DNA of 63,946 nucleotides, the filler included, from Conidiobolus incongruus B7586 (lineage: Eukaryota): assembly GCA_000697335.1 (NCBI GenBank). It is 5 parts of 5 records of this genome, joined end to end, with 100 filler letters (N's around TTAATTAATTAA, not from the genome) between each part and the next. Parts side by side here need not be neighbours in the genome. Positions count along the whole stretch, not along the records: positions 1 to 30,413 come from JNEM01006284.1; 4 more parts are not named here. One strand, given 5' to 3'. Positions within the stretch are counted from its first letter, which is position 1. Each line of letters starts with the position of its first letter. This document shows, piece by piece, positions 1-14,359 of the stretch. Below the pieces are notes generated by a model, which was not told the origin of the DNA, made no database searches, and saw only the letters and a program-made list of their open reading frames with translations. The position numbers were made by a program, and so were the translations under genes.

Positions 1-651
1 GGAAGGAATGACGCTCAGGACAGATATTTCCAAAAATTGCAAAAGTTGACTAATGGAGAAAGTAAGTTAGAATCGCCATGTAGTATTCAAGGCCATTTGG
101 AAACTCAATCCATTGACAGTCGCAATGTGACAATTGTAGGCAAAAGTAATTTCACTCAATGTATATCAGAAACTTATCAACTTCTCAACAAGCAGACTGA
201 GTGCTTCACTTCCAAATGTGCGATCAATGGTGAATTCATTTCGGATATTCCAGATAATATGGATTTGTATGCTGTGTCAACATTCTCCGAAACAGCTAAA
301 TTCTTTCAATGTAGTGGCAAAAAACCTCTTAAATGCTTGTTAGAATCCGCACAAAAGCAATGTAATTTGGGGGCTGACGATTATGTCAAAAATAACGCTA
401 AGTTCAAAAGCGATTGGGACTTTTGGAACTATTGCTTCAATGCCGCTTACATTGTCAACGTTTTGAAGGAGGGATACGGGATTGATATAGAACGCGAGTT
501 GATCTTTAGTAATGATGTTGATGGCGTTGATATTGGATGGACTTTGGGAGCTATGATTTACGAAGTGGGTCAACTCCTAGAGAAAGGTCAGTGCTGTGAC
601 AGGAATGGAGAATCTTCAAATTCAGAGTATCCCATCAAAAAATATAAATGA
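1..651 (+). CDS. GDA1/CD39 family nucleoside phosphatase (apyrase/NTPDase), 3' part; gene starts upstream of the window
   Basis: Frame 1 is open from base 1 (GRNDAQDRY...). Shows the Cys pattern C..SKCAING, YCFNAAYIVNVLKEGYG and the apyrase conserved region 5 motif IGWTLGAMI. Confidence 0.9.
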   Translation, partial: GRNDAQDRYFQKLQKLTNGESKLESPCSIQGHLETQSIDSRNVTIVGKSNFTQCISETYQLLNKQTECFTSKCAINGEFISDIPDNMDLYAVSTFSETAKFFQCSGKKPLKCLLESAQKQCNLGADDYVKNNAKFKSDWDFWNYCFNAAYIVNVLKEGYGIDIERELIFSNDVDGVDIGWTLGAMIYEVGQLLEKGQCCDRNGESSNSEYPIKKYK

Positions 652-1829
652 TCATTCATTTGTTTCATTTGAAAATAAATAATATCCATTGAATAACTAT
701 ATCTATATATTTTAAGAACCAAAGCAATATACAATTTTCACTTAATTTTAAAAAAGTTTACTAATTCTATCAATAATCATTCGTAAAATTTTTTCAAATT
801 TAACAAAAAAATTTTCAATTTGTCAAATATAAAATTTGCAATACAATTCAATAATTATTATATAATTTGTAAATTTTAGAATTAATAATATATTAAATTG
901 GATGTAAAATAATTTGTATACATAATAATTATTTACTCAAACTAAAAAAGTTTTAAAATTGAAATTATTAATTTCAAAAATTTACAAATTAACTTTTTTA
1001 ATATTAATATTTTTACTCAAATAAAAATATGAAAAAAATTTAAAATTATTCTTTTATAAAATTGTGCAATTTTAATTTTCTATAATCAATAATATAATAT
1101 AATATAAGAACAATAATTCAATTAAATAGCATTTTAAAAATCATTTGTATGAATTAACAAAAAATTTCAAATTAATTCTAATATATTTATTTTAATCAAT
1201 ATATCTAGTATATTTTTTAAAAAATTTTGCTAATTGTTTATAAATTATATTAATCAAATATTAAAAATATAAAAATCATCAAAATTAACTGATTAAATAA
1301 TTGTCAATTAAAAATTACGCGGAATATCAGCTCAATGTCAATATATCACAAATCATTCGCAATCCCTCATGTATACCTGTTTCCTGTTTTTTCAACCTCA
1401 TTCAAAGTTTGGGTATTAGAAATGAATATTTGCTTCATAATTTAAATTAATATTTGTTAATATAACTTAGGTGAAAATTTTCAAATATAAACCGGCAATT
1501 ACGGTGTCTAATGACTGAATTTTGAGTTGAAAAAAATTAAGCATATAATGAAATTTGGTTCTTTAAAATTATAATGTGAAATCAGTTATATTGTTTGGGA
1601 ACACTTGATTTGACTTTATTATCACAATAAAGTGCTCTTGTAAATATGAATATAAGTTGAAAGGGAAGAATGGTTGGGAATCTAGATAATTTATAATATG
1701 TATAGTATTAATAATTTGGGTTTATATTTTATGTTAATTTCTATTATTTTATTTGTTATCACTTTTACAAAGTAAGACTGTATTACACTAAGGAAACTGA
1801 AAACTCATCGCCATCAAAATATTCTAATA

Positions 1830-4800
1830 TCATGGTAGTAAATCATTTCGATTTGGATGGTAACGTATCCGCTACTTGTACTTCATAATTTGATTTTTCC
1901 AATCTATTTGTCAACAACATTGATCAATGATCATCAAAGATAAAGCCAGCTTGCGCTGAGAGGATGAAATACTGTCCAAATGGGAAGCGCTATCCAAAGA
2001 AACATCCCAACAATTTGGTCAATCCATATAATTGCGCCCAGCCTGCTGATATGGGGTAACACTTTGTAATGTGACAATGATTCCAGTAGACATGAATGAT
2101 TACAACAGACCGAAGAGCCTCAGGTCCTAAGTGCAGAGTGTGCGAATGCTTTATCTATAATGGGGAGAAAGGTGATAAGCCATGTTGGGCACAACATCTA
2201 AGGTTTTTGGAACTGATGTGGATCTACTCCGAAACCGTTTAGAAGATAGTATTGGGCTATGTCGGAGCCCAAGCTGGTATCTTGATTCTTTGGCAAGTGT
2301 ACAAAACCTTGGTGCAGTTGAGCTCTTGTGACATGTTTGCATGCGAACGTACCCCCATACTTCGAGTTTGTTTGACAATTGTAACACGAATATTTGATGA
2401 ACACTGAAGTCTTTCAGGCCTAAATATTTGAAAATGATGAAACAGAATGACCTCTTTCCAATAAACGGTTATAAGAGTCATTTCTTGAGCAGTTTGGCTT
2501 TTTACACACTATGCTTGACAGCAATTTTTTTTCATTATTTATCAAAATGATTGTACTAAACTACTACGCCGTATTACAGGCTTTCAGTTCGGTGCGTTCA
2601 AAGGTTCGTGAACATTATCGTCCATCACAATGATAGCCATCTGGATATGTACCATAATGTGGATGATTGCCCTAAATATCGTCAGAGCACCCGCTTGAAA
2701 CTATTTACGCGTTAAGATCAACCATTCAAAGCGGATTACATTCAAACTAAAAAACCTAGATTGCCAACCATTCTCAATGAGAACCGGATTACGAAGCTGG
2801 CGAGATTTATTCAAAATCCAAGGCGTATTCTGAAGCGAGCTGCTGGCCGAGACAAATTTATCATAACTGAAAGGCTTTATAGGACACAAACAGGAAGAGT
2901 TTATTACATTTATCATTGTATTCGTCTCGTTAATTAAGAAAAATCGAGATTCTTTGCACCCCACCAATTCCATCTCGGCACTGGGTACGAAGATTTCGTA
3001 CATCTTGACAAAGGAATATCAGTTGAGAAAGCGAATCGCCATCTCGAGTCAAATTGCTCCAACCTCATCTCTGTCAATATCGACTCCCTACCAAAGGGAT
3101 TGGAACTAGAGCTCACGGGGTTCTTCTACGCCTACAAATTCATTCTCTTAATCATCCTATTCTATTTGGATTAGTACATCATTGCATTCTTAGCAACTGG
3201 GATGATCATTCCTGTCTTGGTCAAAATCATCACTAAGCAAAGCTCCGAATTTCGAGTGAAAACCATGGCAGAGCAAACCATACATGTCAAAGTCCTGCGG
3301 GATGGTCGCTGGCTCGAGTGCTGCAAAGATAATCTAGTCTCCCATGACATTATCGGCTTTTTGGACAAAGGAATATTAAGATGTGGCTATGTCCTACTAT
3401 CCGGACGTGGCATAGTGGATGAAAATTCCCTGACGGGAGAACCTTTGCCAATTAAGAAGTTTCCGTTGCCGTCGAACCATATCAACTTCGACGCAATTCC
3501 ACATTCAAAAATTGATACTTTGTTTGACAGGACTAAAGACGTTCAGATTGTTCCAGAACCTGGAGAATCTTATTTCAAAACATCGGTCTTGAAGACTTGT
3601 AGATCAACAGACAAGGGAAGATTGACTTACTTGATTTTTATTCTCAGCCTACTTCCTTCATATTTCACGAAGAGCTCAAAGTTGACAATGTGATATTAGT
3701 CCTTTGAGATTTTTATCTTGTTCGGATTTGGCTTCTGGTTCATGGGTCAAGGACTCCAAATCACTTGGTTCTATAGTATGTTCGCAATTGCTGGTGTCAT
3801 CAACCCCATACTTCCAGTAGCTCCCATCACCGGTCAGAGCGTAGCTGCAAAAAGACTTTGCGTTCGCAGAGTCTTCTGTGTGGGTTATCCTCGTATATTA
3901 GTTGCCCGCAAAGTAGAATTATTTTATTTCGACGAAACCAAAACCCTAACCAAGGACAGATTCGATTTCTTTGGAAGTTAACCTATAGTCCTCATTGGTC
4001 AAAGCGGCAAACTCGGAAAAATCAGATGCGAAGAAATTCTCTCTGGAATATTGGCTCAGCATCGCGAGTTGTCACTTTCTTAAAAGTATCAACTGCATCC
4101 TCATAGGAAATCCTATTGATAATGAAATCTTTAAATTTATTGATTGGCATCTCGACAATTCTGAGCAGACAAGTTATCTGGGCACAATTAGGTCTAGATC
4201 TGGAAGAGTTGATCAAATCATTCATCGATTCCAGCTCGTACATGCGAGTGCTTCCATGTCTGTGACAGTGCTCGACGCTACCACTGGTCACGCACATGTA
4301 TTTGTGAAAGGATCTTTCAAAAGTCCGAAAGAGTTGTGCAAATCATGTATATTTCCAGTGAATTTTGATAAATACAATGTGAATCTGGTAACTCTTTGCT
4401 GCTAAGTTTTAGATTTTGGAAAGGAAGAACTCGGCAAAATTTCAATTGAAAGAGTGAAAGAAACATCAAAAAAATCATCTCAGGTCCTATATTAATCTTA
4501 TTGAGTTGATCATTTTTACCAATGTGTTGAAGCCTAATACAAGGGATGCTAAAACTGAGCTCAAGTCGGGAAGCATTCGTACCATAATGGTTACTGGAGA
4601 CATTGCACTAACCGGAGTTTACATCGCCAAGGAATGTGATATGATAAACTACCATATCAAAGTATTTTTGGGTGACGTCAATGAATTCGGAAAAGATATT
4701 GAATGAAAGGATTTCGATTCTAAACTAGGATTCGAATATACACGACTGGAGGGATTTCTTTCCAATTTGCAAATTCTTCTAATGAAGAAAGGCCTATTGA

Positions 4801-5870
4801 ACTCGCAGTCACTGGTAAAGTGTTTAACATTCTTTTTTCGAGAATGATGCTTTACAAATTATTATTGCAAATCAATGACTTTGCTAGAATGACTCCTGTA
4901 GATAAAGTTTGTTACGTCGAATTGTATATCGAACGTGGTATTACAGCGATGTGTGGCAATGGTGGTAACGATTGTGGTGCTTTGCGTGTAGCTCACGTAG
5001 ATCCTGCACTCTGTGGTGCGGAAGCTTCCATTGTGTCTCCATATAGTAATAGTAATAGATCAGTCAATTAACGCGCCGAACATCCGTCAAAAGAAGTGTA
5101 TACTCACAACCGCTTCCTCTAGCTACAAATACGTAATAATGGATAGTGGAATTCATGTAGTTCTCAGATTTTTGTTCTCTATTGCAATATTATATTTTCC
5201 CTAGGTATTTATATTATTTTGGATAGTATAACCACTATTTTTCTGACATATACATTGACTCGAAGTTCTTCCCTCAATCTTTCTAAATATCGACCCAAAA
5301 CTTGATTTCTTGAATTGGAAGCTTTGGCATCTACCATTGCTATAATTGGCTTGAATATAATCTTCCTCTGAGGTGCTTGGAAATATATGTCCAGACAACC
5401 ATTCCACGCATGTAACGAGTTCGACGCATCAGCTGTAGGTATGTTCAAATGGAAACTACGTGGAGATAATTACGAATCACAATTGGGTGCTTTCCTAATA
5501 ATGTCCTAATTTATCACAATTTTGTTCATTTACAACTCGGAGTCTCTGCTTATAGAAGTTTTAGTACAGGAACAAACTTCACATGTTATTTTGGGCCACA
5601 ATCTTCATTTTTCTAAGTTTTTTCTTGCTACTCGATCTCAATAAACTTGGATTTTTAATGTGACTCAATTGTGGGGACAAGCCAATTATTAAGATATTGA
5701 GATACGCTGTCCCAAGTGTGGATTACTCCAGTTGAAATTTTCCTCAAGCACACGCTGTCATGCCCAAGTACTTTTGATGGGGTTTATAGACTATTTGTAT
5801 AAGCAATACAGTGCCAACTATTATTTGGAAGAGTCAAATTGTATTAGGCATTTGTTGAAGTTAATCGATA
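1830..5870 (+). pseudogene. P5B-type ATPase (ATP13A/Ypk9-like) pseudogene with Cys-rich N-terminal extension; boundaries approximate
   Basis: Colinear fragments in shifting frames: VDENSLTGEPLP, degenerate phosphorylation site FDETKTLT (for DKTGT), GNPID, VFVKGS, MVTGD, FARMTP.DK, MCGNGGNDCGALR. Many stops and frameshifts. Decayed Cys-rich segment PACAERMKYCPNGK at about 1946-1990. Confidence 0.9.
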
Positions 5871-8135
5871 CATAAATTTTGAAAAAAATTCCAAACTTAA
5901 ATATTAAATTATCTTTTAAAAAAATAAATTGCTAATTATCGCATATTTCAAATTTTATGGTCATAACTAAAACTCAGATTAGCTGATGTGGATTTTCATT
6001 TAATTTCCACAACTATATTCTAAATAATTATCTATTCAAAACAAAAGCAAAATATAATATTATATAATAAATTTTGGAATTAATTTTATTTCATAAAAAT
6101 TGTATTATATACACCAATTACGATCTTAGATTTATAATTCTCTATTATTATAGTACAATCTCAAAAAATTTGTTATATAATTCTGAAATAAATGTTATAC
6201 AATTAAATGATTAATTCTTAATTATTAAATATTGATTGGTATTAATATAAATAAACATCCATCATATACATTATTCTAAATGTTGAGCAATAAATGTGAT
6301 TATAATAAAAATAATAAATTTAAAATATAAAAATTTTGACAAATTGTTTTAAATTAGTATTATTATTATCATCATATTAATGTTTTTCTAGTTTATTCTA
6401 TGTTTGGTATTATTGAATTATATATTGCAGTGAATAAAATATAATATTATAGTTTTAGTTTAATGGACAATTATTCCAATTTAATATATTTTCGGTTAAT
6501 ATCAAAGGATTTCAGCCATTGCATTATTCACAAAATATTTGTTTTATTCAATAGTTTTATATATGAATAATATTTTTAAAGTAAATATTCAATATCTCAA
6601 TAATTGAAAAATAGGAGATGAATAATATATATATATATATATATATAAATTATATAAAGTCTCAATATAAATAAACGAGAATGTATGTGAAAATATTTAA
6701 AAAATGATTTTTCATAGTTCAAATAAGACATTATCTATAATTTAGTTAATAGTAAAGCTTTGAAAGTATTTTTCTATTGATGAGTATTAAAATAACTAAG
6801 TTCAATATAAAGTTTATATAATATTATCAGGTTTAAACATTTGAAAATATTAAATATAACACTAAAAATCTTTTCAACTTTTATAACCCTAAAATTGTTG
6901 ATAAATAATAGAGCGTAGCATATTTAAAGCATCTTAAAGGATTTCACAATCTGCAATTTATATCAATTAAAGTATGACAAATTTACACCTTATACCTCCA
7001 AAATAATGCAAACATAAATATTTTTGTAAATGCTGATATGGTAAGGAAATTTATAAATGTTGTTTAGGATGATTGAAAATATTGAATGACATATATTGAA
7101 ATATGAATATTATTCTCCAGTTCTCCATTAAACTAAAAAGATAAATTCTACCAATAAAGAATTGTGAAAATTGCCAAAATTGGATATTTTTTCAAAATGG
7201 TTGAAAAGAAATTGTCCAGTTTATAATTTTTTGTAAAGAATTCATTCAATCAGAACAAACTAAAAAATGGAAATTGTTACAAATTTGATATTAACTAATA
7301 TTATGAATAAATATACTAACAGAATATAACAAGTTTGAGCTAAACCCTAACTCTTGAATTAATAAATATCGATAAATAATACTAATTTAAAAGATGATAA
7401 GCTATTCAATTTGAACAAATATTCTATTTTATCAAGGAGTTTCTCTCGGAAAATAGAAATCCATTTAACAAGATTATTTCGGTTTTAGATTTCATTGGCT
7501 GGATTATCCGAGTTTAATATTGCGAAAGATTAAATGGATTGTTAAAGTTTGGATCTTTGAATTTATAATTTTTTTTGAAAAAAGAGTGTTCTTATTATTT
7601 TTAATAATTTATTTCATAATTCCTTTTTAAATTAAATATCTGATCATTTTCAATCTGTATCAAAATAGTATATCTATAGATAAAATCTCCAATCATCAAA
7701 AATTTATATTTATATATATATATAAATATTGAGTTAATATAATTTATTATTTTTTTAAAAAAATATTATTCAAGTTTTTTAAATCTAAAATATTTGAATA
7801 AAAATAAATTTATGAAATGTAGTTTTTTTATTTACATTTACATGCATTTAAAATATTATCATTATATCTGATTCAATCATATAATCATCACCAAATTAAA
7901 CTGGTAAAATTAAAATGTTATCTGTTTAATTACAATCCATCAAAAATATGTATTCAAGTGAAATTTGGAATAATTCAATATACTATAAATACTCATTGAG
8001 TCACTATTTATCATTAGAATTTTTATTCTAAATCAATAACTATCTTTTGATAGTTTTTTTTAATATTTTTTGGAATAATATTACAATAATTATATAAAAA
8101 AGAAAGTAATATAATAATAATAATTATAATTTAAT

Positions 8136-9597
8136 ATGGCTCCACGTGTTCCTTTACAGAATGTTAATCATCAACCTATTAATGGTAACCATTATTTTTC
8201 AATCATAAATAATTTTTTTAACCCTATAGTGGCTTATAGGTGGTGTTAAGATATTCAGACGCAGTGAAATCAATACACATACTAGTGCTAAAGAAATTTT
8301 AACCAGTAAAGTGTATACTCCCGTTTATACCATTATCGATAACAAAGTTTATGATGTCCGCGACTTCGTATTGGATCATCCAGGAGGTCCCATCATTTTG
8401 ACTCATGTAGGAAGAGATGGTACCGATGCGTTCCACGCTTTCCATCCTGATTCCTCTTGGGAAACTTTGGCCAACTACTACGTTGGTGATATTCATCCAG
8501 ACGATCATATCAATCAAGATTCCAAATCCTTCTTAGCTGATATTAGGAAATTGAAAGATAAATACACCAAATTAGGTTATTTTGAAGCTGATTTAGGCTA
8601 TTATACTTACAAAGGATTGTCAATTTTGAGTATTTTCGCCCTTTCATTCACTATCCTCTACAATTTTAATACCAGCTGGTTGGCTGTCATTGCTTCCGCT
8701 ATGCTCCTCGGTTTATTTTGGCAGCAATGTGGCTGGCTATCTCATGATTTCCTTCATCACCAAGTCATGCGTGATAGAAATATTAACAACCTCATCGGTG
8801 GTCTTTTCTTTGGTGCTATTTGTCAAGGATTTTCCATGTCTTGGTGGAAAGATAAACACAATACTCATCATGCCTCCCCTAACGTTTATAATGAAGATCC
8901 TGATATTGATACTCATCCATTTTTAGCTTGGTCTGAACAAGCTATGGAACTTTATGCCGATTTGAATGACCAGGAAATGTCCACTCATATGAAGAAGTTT
9001 ATGCTCCAAAACCAAGCCATCATATACTTCCCTCTCTTAACATTCGCTAGATTGTCATGGAATACTTATAGTTTGTGGTTTGCTTTCTCAAGAGGTACTC
9101 TTGGTAATCCCAACAAAATCCCCGTCAATATTGAATTCAGCGAAAAGGCTGCTTTACTCACTCACTGGTTCATCGTCTTCTCTATCACTTTCCTCGTTCC
9201 TTCTACCTGGCTCCAATCCTTCGTTTTCTTCGTTCTCTGCCAAGCCACCTGTGGTGTCCTCCTTGCATCCGTGTTCTCCCTCAACCACAATGGCATGGCT
9301 GTCATCTCATCCAAGGAAGCCGATGAAATGGACTTTTACACCAAGCAAGTAATTACTGGACGTGATGTCACACCATCCCACTTCATCCAATGGTTCTGTG
9401 GTGGTCTCAACTATCAAATCGAGCACCATTTATTCCCTGCCCTCCCCAGACATTCCTTACCCAAAGTACAAAAAGAAGTTGAAGAGTTGTGCAAAAAATA
9501 CAACGTACCTTACCACATGACCGGCTTCATATCCGGTACCAAAGAAGTCTTAGATAGACTACAAAAAATTGCTTCTAATATCAATGAGCAACTATGA
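8136..9597 (+). CDS. Front-end (delta-6-like) fatty acid desaturase with cytochrome b5 domain; exons 8136-8184 and 8240-9597, 468 aa
   Basis: HPGG b5 motif and histidine boxes HDFLHH, HNTHH, QIEHH. A GT-AG intron at 8185-8239 joins ATG 8136 in frame to the listed ORF. Confidence 0.95.
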
Positions 9598-10578
9598 ACA
9601 TTTTTTAGATATTAATTATTATTCCAACTAAATAAAATAATTTTGTTTAATTGATTTAAAAAAACAATTAAATACAATTCATCAATGTTTAATCATTAAA
9701 TAATATACTGTATTATAAATTTAAATCAAAATCTTTCAACACTAATTATATATATTATATTTTAACTATTCAATTCAAGGCTAGGTTTTGTCTACATATT
9801 TATAAAACAAATTTTAATCAACTCAAATTGAATAATATAAAAGATTATTTTAGTAATTTTTCCTAAGTTTTACAATAAAATTCAAAATTCTCATAGTGAT
9901 TTAATATAGATAAGATGAATAATATTTTTTAAATTAGTAATAAATTGAATAAACGATTATTTTTTTTCAAATATTAGATTAGGTTGAAGTAATTGTTACT
10001 CTGTATCTAAAGAACATTATAAACTTAAATCATTTCTGAATATCCCATTTTCCAATATAATCATGATGTAATTAGTTTTAAATGTGATATTAACGTTTAA
10101 CTTCTCATCAACAAGTCGTCGATTTAATAAGTATTTATTAAGAACAAAAGTCAATATAACCTAATAAAAATTCAGAATTTTATTGAGAAAATTTAGAATA
10201 GTTTTTAACTTGAATTATTAATGTTTATCTCATAATTGCTTTAATGAAAATCAAGTACTCTTAGATTTAGGCAATATATATTGACAATAATTCCTTTATC
10301 CAATTTCAAATTTGTGAATTTATTGATTATATCCTTTTGTGTGGGATGATTCAGAATTTGAATATATATATTGCAAATGTGAAAAATCATGATGTTTCAT
10401 TGAAATAAATATATGATAAATAAAATGTGGGTATTATCATTATAAAAACATGCAGAATATTGATATATGAGTAATTAGAATAAAAAATATTTCTCAGTGG
10501 TAGGGAAAATAAAAAAATTGAGTGATGAGTGAAAATTTTTATAATTTAGTTTTCAATTGGATAAAATGTGAATAGGAT

Positions 10579-10661
10579 GGCAATGTGGCCGAGTTGGTCT
10601 AAGGCGCCGCACTCAAGTTGCGGTCTCGTAAGAGGCATGAGTTCGAATCTCATCGTTGTCA
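10579..10661 (+). tRNA. tRNA-Leu(CAA), intronless
   Basis: Acceptor GGCAATG/CGTTGTC, anticodon arm CCGCA-CTCAAGT-TGCGG, long variable arm, T arm ATGAG-TTCGAAT-CTCAT, T-run downstream. Confidence 0.96.
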
Positions 10662-11472
10662 ATGAATATTTTTTCGATATTTAATATATATATATTTTTA
10701 CAAATTAACGCTATATCAAAATGAAAAATTTATTAGATTCATAATATTTTTACTTTTTCACTTCTTTTATCATTATTCTTATTTAAATATATTTAAGTGT
10801 AGTTCACTTTTCTCAATATATAAATTTATCAAAATCATTACTCTAAATTAACAATTATAAAATTGTAAACAAAATACTATGAATTGGTTTTTGTATTATT
10901 AGGTACAATACCTTATATATCAAATTTTTGAAAGCCATAATTGATATATTTTAGCTTTTGATATTAATAAGTTGCAAAATTAAAACTTACTAATAATTAT
11001 TACATGCATTATTTAACTATCCAAATTATTTAATAAAATAATTTTTATTATTAAATAGTTTATACCAACATATATATATATATATAAGAATACCTATCAA
11101 ACCAATTGTGAGTTATAAGTTATTTTCATTCGTAATGAATTAGCTTATATTAATATATATATATAAGATATAAAACCCAAAATAATGAAATTGACCTAAA
11201 TATTCATCTAATAATATTCATTAAAAAAATTTTTCAATTTAATTGAATAGTGGTTGAAAGAAATCCCATAAATATTAAAATCTTACAATAATATATATAA
11301 ATCAAAACTATGAAAAAGAACCAAAAATATAAAGATTTTAATTTTATTAAATTAAAAAATTATCAAATTATTTAATATAGACAATTTTATATAACTTTTT
11401 ATTATTAGATCTTATTTTGATAATATTTATATCTTGACTTTTGTAAATTAATAGATTAAAATTTTCAAAAGC

Positions 11473-13592
11473 ATGACTAATAGTAAAAAAAGCTCTAAAG
11501 AATCAAGTTCCAAAGATAGTAAATCAAAAGCAACCACCTCAAAACCAACCGAGGTCAAATCTATTGAAGATTATCAAATCGAATCACAGATTCAAGCTGT
11601 TAACGAAACCTGTAATTTGTATGCTATTGTGAAATCTACAGAAGATAACGATACCCAAACTTTAAGTATTTACAGTATTCACGATCACCAATTATTAATT
11701 CATACAACTTTAAACCAAAGTTCCAAAGTTGCTTATATTCAATGGTTAAATTCTTTAAATGCTAATACAAATCAAGTAATTATTTTTTTAATATTTATAT
11801 TTGTATATTAACATTTTTCAAACTTTAGACGAATACTACAGCTAGTTCTCGTTCATCAGTATTAACTGTACCCCATACACAAATTTTAGTTTTAGGCTTA
11901 GATAATGGTGATATCGAATTTTTTGACTTAAAATCTAAGGACACTTGCTTAACTCTTAAGGGTCAGCATTCTAGTGAAATTATACATATTGTCCAAGATA
12001 AAGATCAATTAATCTCACTCGATAAAACTTCCACAATTACTCATTGGAGTTTGCAAACTGGAAAATATTTAAAGTAATTAATTTTAGATTTTTTATACTA
12101 TTGTTATTTATATTTGATTAGGAAATGGTCGGATGGTGATAACCAGATTAATCAAATCCTTTATTTGGAACAATCTAAACAATTGTTAACTGCTGGTGCT
12201 TCCATTAAACTCTGGGATCTCGAAAGTTATGAAGTTGTTAAGGTATGCCACATATCTAAAATATCAAGATTCATCTAACTAATATTATTTTAGACATTTA
12301 CCGGTATTAAAGAATCCATCGATCTTGTCGTTTTATTCACTAGAGACCGTCGTATTTTTATTGCTTACTCAAAATCTTCCAATATCTTATATCTTTTCGA
12401 TACTGAATCCAAGCACATTGAACCATTATTCAAAATCCAATCAACTGAAAAACTTGAGAGAATTTTGGGTATTAAAGATGTTTCAGGAATGCAAGTGTTA
12501 GCCCTCACCTCACAAGGTACTCTAATTGGTTGGTTTAATATTGTACCAGCCAATATTTTCCACAAAGACCCTGCCGATCTTAGCAAGAGTGCCAAATATC
12601 CAGCTAATTACAAACTTCAATTCAACAAGCAGAAGTTTGATGAAGTTCTTCCTATCAAGTATTTAGGTGTTAACGCTCTCTATAATATTCCCATCGTATC
12701 TCGAGGCTATTATAATCGTTTGGGTGGCTTCGAATCCTTATGGGTTGATTACACATCAAAGAGTCAAAATATTAAAGTTTCTCGTGAGAAGGGTGACCAT
12801 TTGTCCATTGACAAACTTTCATCCAAGCGTAAAGCTTCCCAAATCGAGGCTAACTCTACAACCGTTGATAGTTTGGACCCTGTACAAAACTATACTACTT
12901 TCCCTCATTCTCTCGCTGTTGAGATGATTCAGTACTTGAACAGTGGCAAGCTTCCTACCAAGACACTCGTCAATTTGATCTCTCAAACTGTCAAATACGG
13001 CCAAAATGAACTCATTTCTTTACATTTGACCCACATCGGCATCCACCAACTCATCAAAATCTTGCCCCACATGGCATCAGATCATATTCCCCCATTATTC
13101 AACATTCTCATGGACTTGTTGAGTGCTTCGAGGACGCTGAGCGCCCGCTCTCTCAGCTGGCTTCGAGCCATCCTCGTCTACCATCGTAATTCCCTCATGT
13201 CCAATGGCCAAGTCGTCGACCGTCTTACTTCCGTACTCGAAGACACCACAGGAACCCAACTTGACAACTACACCGACCTCACGCGTCTCGAAGGACGTCT
13301 CCGTCACATTCAACAGCAAATCAAACTCCGCGAACATGTACTAGCCCCTGAACTTCAAGACACTACTGAGGAGCAGGAATCTGCACCTGAAGATGTCCTA
13401 AGCTCCAAAGAGTCTGCCTTTGAACAAGGCTACTCCGCCTTCGAAGATTCCGATGACGACAATGATAATGATGAAGAACCCGAAGACAGCTTCTTCGGCA
13501 TTCCCGAAGAGGACGAAAGCAATAATTTAGATGATAAGTTGGCTAAAGTGAATGGCAATAGAAATCAATCAAACAAGAAGCAAAAGAAATAA
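11473..13592 (+). CDS. UTP5: WD40 + Utp12/Dip2-domain SSU processome protein (UTP5/WDR43); exons 11473-11775, 11829-12073, 12122-12242, 12294-13592
   Basis: WD-like repeats (VLGLDNGDIEFFD, LLTAGASIKLWD), Utp12-like helical region (WLRAILVYH...LTRLEGRL) and acidic tail; three GT-AG introns. Confidence 0.8.
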
Positions 13593-13746
13593 GTTTTTTA
13601 CAAAGTTTTTAATAGTTATAGAATTAATAAATATTGTGTCATTGAAAAAAAATGTCTATTTTTTATATAAAGGTTAATTGAGTGATGGAAATTATTTTTT
13701 AGTTAATTTTGTAATATAAATTTAAATTTCGCAAAAAATTTGCTTT

Positions 13747-13827
13747 AATAACGATGAGACTGAAACTTATGACTCTTACAACCTAGCAACCCGAGTGTAC
13801 CGCTTTGGCCAACTTGGCCACATTATC
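13747..13827 (-). pseudogene. Degenerate tRNA-Leu pseudogene
   Basis: Reverse complement GATAATGTGGCCAAGTTGGCCAAAGCGGTACACTCGGGTTGC...GTAAGAGTCATAAGTTTCAGTCTCATCGTT aligns along the tRNA-Leu at 10579, with a broken B-box and broken stems. Confidence 0.8.
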
Positions 13828-14359
13828 ATACTTAATATTTTAATGTTATCAATAATTTTTATAAATACTTATTAAGTTTTCTATATGGAATTTTTGAAAA
13901 AAATATCAATATTCATTTTAATCCATAATTTACATTTCAGTTTCTTGTGAGTGATTATTACAATTAACCTTTTCCAAATCGAGAATTATAATATAATGGT
14001 TAATATTATCCTTGATATTACCAGTTCGTGATATAATGGTTAGAAAAATTCTTTTTAAATATTCAGTCAATTTAAAGTTAGTTATATTTTAATATATATT
14101 TAATATCTAAACATGATTTCAATGAATTATATGATAAAATTGTATTGTTTTAAAAAAATATAAATTTTAGGTAATTGAGAATGTATATTTTATAACTTTT
14201 AACTAAATCATTAATGATAGTATTAAATTTATAATCTTTCAAATATCAATATTTTTAGTGAAATATCATATCAAATAAACTTTAAATGATAATTTGATAA
14301 CTTTAAAAATCAAACCTATTACCCAAATCTATATTTTCAGCAGGATTTCGTAAAATGCA

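Noticed and set aside
2151..3368. Several minus-strand ORFs
   Set aside because: Antisense shadows of the P5B-ATPase pseudogene.
6625..6648. (TA)n microsatellites here and at about 31107, 45900 and 46367
   Set aside because: Ordinary for this base composition.
10520..10542. GATGAG plus TGAAAATTTT (PAC/RRPE-like) upstream of UTP5
   Set aside because: About 930 bp from the ATG with a tRNA in between, and RRPE-like strings are common at this AT content.
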